DNA from: Desulfatiglandales bacterium
GTDB lineage: Bacteria > Desulfobacterota > DSM-4660 > Desulfatiglandales > HGW-15
Direction of reading: 5' to 3'
Assembly (NCBI GenBank): GCA_963667015.2
Contig: CAXXJJ010000001.1
Span: 2,592,001-2,656,000, forward strand
DNA: 64,000 nt
Shown here: in pieces, positions 59,773 through 64,000 of the stretch
Position numbering within the stretch: the stretch's first letter is position 1
Layout of the letters: every line of letters begins with the position of its first letter
The notes under the pieces: model-generated
The model's database searches: none
The model's input: only the letters and a program-made list of their open reading frames with translations
What the model was told of the DNA's origin: nothing
Made by a program: the position numbers and the translations under genes

Positions 59773-60822
59773 TCACATCTTAACCCTGCGTTTCATTAGA
59801 AGCCCTATGACAATGGGTGCTCCGAAAAAGGCGGTTATAGCAGAAAGGGGCAGTTCAACAGGAGATAGAAGCATACGCGCAATTAAATCACAGAGGCTTG
59901 CCACTGCAGCTCCCATCAGGCATACACCTGGAATCAGTACCCTGTTATCTGATGTGCCGAAACAGAGACGTGCCATATGAGGGACTGCCAGTCCTATAAA
60001 AGCGATTGGTCCGGCTACCGAGGTGATCATGCCTGCCAGGGCACAGGAAAAAAGAAGTATAAGTATCCTGAATTTTTTAATGTTTACACCCATGGATGCT
60101 GCGTATTCTTCTCCCAGTAAAAATGCATTAAGGGGTTTGCTCATACAGTAAATCATTATGAGGACAGCACCTCCGAGGAGCAGCATAATGTTGATTTCGC
60201 CCCATTTGAATCCTGAAAAACTGCCCAGCTCCCATAGTACAAAGCCCTTGATTTTTTCTTTTTCTGCCAGGGCCATAAGCACGCTCGTTACTGCTCTGCA
60301 GAGGTATCCCATCATAAGCCCTATAATAAGAAGGGTAATCCCGCTTTTAACCCTGGATGCCACAACAACTATAATGAGAAGCACTCCGTATGCTCCGATA
60401 AAAGCGGCCAGGGTTGTTATAAAGGGTGTAATCACTGTCATTCCGATAGTAAGTGTTGTAAGCATGACAAATGCTACCATGAGCGTTGCGCCATGTGAGA
60501 TGCCAAGGATAAATGGACCTACTATGGGATTACGAAAGTATACCTGCAGTAAAAGCCCTGAAGTTGCCAGATAGGCCCCTCCCAGCACAGCAGCTATGGA
60601 ACGGGGAATGCGTATTTTCCATATAATGGAATCGATCGTGGAAGCGCTGTCAGGGTGAAAGATCGTATCAATAATATCACTTATCGGAATGGATACTGAA
60701 CCTATAAAGATATTCAGCAACATGAGCATTCCGGTTAATATACCAAGGAATGAAAATACAAGTACAAAACGGCCTATAGGCCGATATTCTGTATAATTTA
60801 CTGCTTCCTGCGCTACCAGCAT
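59773..60822 (-). CDS. FecCD-family permease
   Basis: IRIPR, QVYFRNPIVGPFILGI, FIGLAVPH, ELP...FFGAP. Confidence 0.9.
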   Translation of the reverse strand: MLVAQEAVNYTEYRPIGRFVLVFSFLGILTGMLMLLNIFIGSVSIPISDIIDTIFHPDSASTIDSIIWKIRIPRSIAAVLGGAYLATSGLLLQVYFRNPIVGPFILGISHGATLMVAFVMLTTLTIGMTVITPFITTLAAFIGAYGVLLIIVVVASRVKSGITLLIIGLMMGYLCRAVTSVLMALAEKEKIKGFVLWELGSFSGFKWGEINIMLLLGGAVLIMIYCMSKPLNAFLLGEEYAASMGVNIKKFRILILLFSCALAGMITSVAGPIAFIGLAVPHMARLCFGTSDNRVLIPGVCLMGAAVASLCDLIARMLLSPVELPLSAITAFFGAPIVIGLLMKRRVKM

Positions 60823-61940
60823 TATGCACCTTCTTTCGGTTCCGGGTCAGTCTCAGGAAGTTCTATAAAAAATTTGCGTTCAAAATCGGGGTATACTTCG
60901 GGATGCAGGATCGAGGCTATTTCAGTGAGTATCTCGTCAAGCCGATAGCCTGACTGCGAGTAATGGGGCATGGGTATAAAAACTTTACCCTCTTTGATAG
61001 GTCTGATATCAGCCAGCAGGGGATTCATCCTGGCCAGGGCGGCCTTTGAAGTTACACCGTCTTTAGCGGTTCTGTAGGTAAAGAATATGTCAGCATCTTC
61101 TCCGCTGTAGATGAAGCGTTCAACTGCTATTTCTATACATGATGTACCGAATACATCATCAAACAGATAATCGCTCTGTGCAAGACCGACCAGCTCACCG
61201 ACCCAGGCGTTACCCGGTTCTACGAGCACTCTTTTCTCATAGATATCTCCCCACATTACCTTTGGCGGAGGTCCGGCATTTTCTGTCTGTTCACGAATAG
61301 CCCACAGGGCATCTTCGACTTTTTTAAAAAAATGATCGGCTTCATTCTGCCTGTTAAAAAAAGGGGCCAGGAACTTGACAAAGCGCATACGCGCATTAAG
61401 ACACATGGCTGTTGGGGTTGATGTTATGGCGCAGGGTATGCCCAGGTCATCAAGCATTGGAATGATAGAGTGGTCCCATGTAAGAACCAGTTCCGGCTGC
61501 TGTTTCCTGAGTCGTTCAAAATCAATGCTCTCAGAGTCACCGAGATATGCAATACGGCCCTGTCTCATTCCTTCTTTGACCTCTTCCACATACCAGTCTT
61601 CCTCAGGATGAGTTACTCCGACAAGGGTTTCTTCCAGCACCCCCAGTGCCTTGAGTGTTGCTATGTCAAAATAACCGGCAGCGGTAATTCTTTGAACCGG
61701 TACCCTTACTATCCTGTGCGGATCTACATCTTTCGGAGCGGTGGCATTCCGGGGGATCAGCACGAGCTTTCGACCGGCACCGTCCCTTACTTCAGTACGC
61801 TCTTCCGAAATTTTGTTAACAGTGAAATCACCGATCTGGATAAAGGATTCATTTTCAGCGGAATTATTGGTACAGGAAAAACTCGCTGATAATAATAGAG
61901 TGATCAGAATAATTATAAATATATGTTTATTGTTTTGCAT
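60822..61940 (-). CDS. ABC substrate-binding lipoprotein (class III, Fe/B12 type)
   Basis: SFS|C lipobox-like; VRDGAGR, VPVQRI, IDFERL...PELVL, IASILHPE. Confidence 0.85.
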   Translation of the reverse strand: MQNNKHIFIIILITLLLSASFSCTNNSAENESFIQIGDFTVNKISEERTEVRDGAGRKLVLIPRNATAPKDVDPHRIVRVPVQRITAAGYFDIATLKALGVLEETLVGVTHPEEDWYVEEVKEGMRQGRIAYLGDSESIDFERLRKQQPELVLTWDHSIIPMLDDLGIPCAITSTPTAMCLNARMRFVKFLAPFFNRQNEADHFFKKVEDALWAIREQTENAGPPPKVMWGDIYEKRVLVEPGNAWVGELVGLAQSDYLFDDVFGTSCIEIAVERFIYSGEDADIFFTYRTAKDGVTSKAALARMNPLLADIRPIKEGKVFIPMPHYSQSGYRLDEILTEIASILHPEVYPDFERKFFIELPETDPEPKEGA

Positions 61941-62754
61941 TGGATTTCCTTTTTACCTCCCTGTAAATAAACCTGTCTGCCAGGTACATTAAAAGTCCTG
62001 CTACAAAAAGAAGAATGCCTGCCATGTAAAACCTGACACCAGGGTCTGTTCTTATGTTTAAGTCAATACGCGGTGTACTTGACATTCCGGATGATTTTGA
62101 TTTAGGCCTGAAGCCTTTCAGGAAAACAGAGTAACCTTTATATGTAACAGGACTGTTATGGTTCAAAAGCCTTTCTACACAAAGATTACCTTCTGTAATG
62201 GCCAGTCTGGCATTTGGTTTCAGGATGCGGTCTTCAAATGAAGGGATGCTGCCTCTGTAATAATCAGGGGATATGGAATCGAAGGTGATTTTTATTTCAG
62301 TGCCGGGTATCACCATGCCGGTACCAGGTGTAAGTACCCTTGTATCCAGAATTGTGGAGAAGGTATAACTTATCAGATACCCTGTCAGTATTATGATCAT
62401 TGCATAATGCATAATATGGGGGCTTAAACCGATAAAAAATCTCCACCTGGTAAAATTTCCTGAAGACCTGAAAAGCCTTATAAGCCGGTCGGTAGTGCAT
62501 GCAAAGGAATTAATGCAAAAAATTGTCAGCAGAATAAGCAGGATAAACAGCCACATTGTATGGCTGAGGTTATACATGCCATATGTCTTTATCCACTCTA
62601 TCAACCCGACATCATTAATTGGTGTGAATATATGTGCATTTCTGTTCAGGCACAAATACCCGTAAATCAGATCCAGGGGAATAAGTATACACAGGATTAT
62701 TGTAAAATTAATACTGCCCAGCCTGCGCCATATAATTGAAAAAAATGAAGTCAT
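61927..62754 (-). CDS. ResB/CcsB-like membrane protein (short)
   Basis: W...L...INSFACT.DR, PHIMHYAMIIILTG (conserved His TM), N.PVTYKGY, IRTDPG + C-terminal TM; ATG 62754 directly after the ccsA-like stop. Confidence 0.7.
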   Translation of the reverse strand: MTSFFSIIWRRLGSINFTIILCILIPLDLIYGYLCLNRNAHIFTPINDVGLIEWIKTYGMYNLSHTMWLFILLILLTIFCINSFACTTDRLIRLFRSSGNFTRWRFFIGLSPHIMHYAMIIILTGYLISYTFSTILDTRVLTPGTGMVIPGTEIKITFDSISPDYYRGSIPSFEDRILKPNARLAITEGNLCVERLLNHNSPVTYKGYSVFLKGFRPKSKSSGMSSTPRIDLNIRTDPGVRFYMAGILLFVAGLLMYLADRFIYREVKRKSNAKQ

Positions 62755-62756
62755 AT

Positions 62757-63524
62757 CTAAAAAGGATTCCTGTATGGTCCGAGATTTGTCAAATAAGTCA
62801 AAAGCAGGACAAACGGAACTCCTGTGGCCGTAATAATTCCCCGCCACTTTGAATTCCCGTAACTTGTAAGGTGTAAGTGTAAAAGGCCGATATAGTAAAA
62901 CCATATGGCCATGGCAGTTGTGATTACCGGGTCTTCCCATTCAACAGGTGTACCCCAGCCAATGTAGGACCATAATTCACCGAAAAACATTGAGAGTGTC
63001 CAAAGAGAAAAACCAAGTATGACCCAGAGAAAGGATTTTTTAACAAGTTTTTTCTGACGTTCTTCTGATGATGATCTCTCCTGATTAAACAGGGATGATA
63101 CCCCCCATAAGCCGCCAACGAGAAAACACCCTTTTCCGGCAATACCGAAAATAATAAACAGGTGTGAAAACAGGGTCAGTGTTTTAATAAAGGGTAGATA
63201 GTAGTCTTTAGGGAAAAAAACTGCGATTACAGAAAGAATAGAAACCAGCCCGGTAGCTGTTTTTATGGTAAATAAATTGTCGCTGTCCTTTCGGGTAAAT
63301 AATAGTACAATCCCTATAAATAGAGGTATAGCTGCAGCGTCCATATACATTGGAGACATGGGAAGTGCCGTTTTATAGCGTAAAAAAACAGACGCCCCGT
63401 TTGCAAGCACCCCCGGCAGCAGTATCAGCTTAATGAGCCCCGGTCTATTACCTGTTAAGCTTATCGTAAAAGAAACAATATAAAATATTGCTGATATCCT
63501 GATGAAAAAATATGGCTGATCCAA
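62757..63524 (-). CDS. CcsA/ResC-like cytochrome c assembly family protein with a degenerate WWD motif
   Basis: LFSH TM His; GFSLWTLSMFFGELWSYIGWGTPVEWEDP; IWFYYIGLLH. Confidence 0.78.
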   Translation of the reverse strand: MDQPYFFIRISAIFYIVSFTISLTGNRPGLIKLILLPGVLANGASVFLRYKTALPMSPMYMDAAAIPLFIGIVLLFTRKDSDNLFTIKTATGLVSILSVIAVFFPKDYYLPFIKTLTLFSHLFIIFGIAGKGCFLVGGLWGVSSLFNQERSSSEERQKKLVKKSFLWVILGFSLWTLSMFFGELWSYIGWGTPVEWEDPVITTAMAIWFYYIGLLHLHLTSYGNSKWRGIITATGVPFVLLLTYLTNLGPYRNPF

Positions 63525-63680
63525 TAATGTGCTTTCCTTTTAATCATGAAAGATAATTTATTTATAAAGCGTGGCAGGCAAAAAAAAACCCGGATCTAAA
63601 TATATAGATCCGGGATGTCCCTTTTTTATCCACAGAATAATATGCAGGCTAATCACCTTCCACGCGAATTAACCCTATGT

Positions 63681-63840
63681 GTTCAGGCAGGTCTTCTGAC
63701 TTACGGATCATCCTACTTACTGCGCCTTCCCGATCATTGATCAGTGACTTTATTGCAGCTTTCGTCCCCGAATACAGCGGCGGGCCCGTCCCCGATTCTA
63801 ACGGGGTTCCCTTTTAAACTCTTTTACGAGTACCAAGAAC
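63681..63840 (-). promoter_or_regulatory. Cobalamin riboswitch
   Basis: AAAAGGGAACCCCG...CCCGCCGCTGTA...CACTG...CGGGAAGG...AAGTCAGAAGACCTGCC; terminator CCCGGATCTA..TAGATCCGGG plus T-run at ~63580-63614; TTGACA at 63872-63877. Confidence 0.95.
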
Positions 63841-64000
63841 CTTTATTGAAATACATAAGAACCATTATGTATGTCAAGTATAAATTTTAAAATAAACTGT
63901 TCTATTTAAAATGATGAAGTGAAACACCAATATGGTCCACCCATATATCCACAAAGGCCTTATTTTCCCCGGTGCCTTTAAGTATGGGGATACATTCTAT

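Noticed and set aside
62755..62940. N-terminal 62 aa of the 337-aa ORF
   Set aside because: Overlaps the ccsA-like gene in another frame; ATG 62754 is the better start

Overview
This 64-kb window looks like an anaerobic Gram-negative genome, probably Desulfobacterota-like (an inference from gene content and repeat style). It is almost entirely a corrinoid (B12)/cobalt island. I count ten cobalamin riboswitches: eight long ones, three of them in a ~300-bp triple tandem, and two short variants lacking the P8-P12 extension. They precede: (i) four TonB-dependent receptors; (ii) two CobN-family chelatases, one without AAA+ partners and one with ChlI/ChlD, an ABC importer and a divergent CcsA/ResB pair; (iii) a GC-richer ~19-kb block with btuFDC and a set of surface proteins (PKD/beta-propeller lipoprotein, BtuH-like CFI-tailed protein, cohesin-like + dockerin-like/BspA giant, DUF4430-like protein); (iv) a ThyX-like + homocysteine methyltransferase pair; (v) a fucose-isomerase-like/ACP-like/SufSE operon. 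Also present are corrinoid/pterin methyltransferase modules, a radical SAM/SPASM-ABC unit, a ParB-DNA methyltransferase fusion, an IS200-family element whose tnpA is interrupted by a 150-bp nested palindromic insertion, and several pseudogene fragments. All family calls come from recognising motifs by eye; no searches were run.
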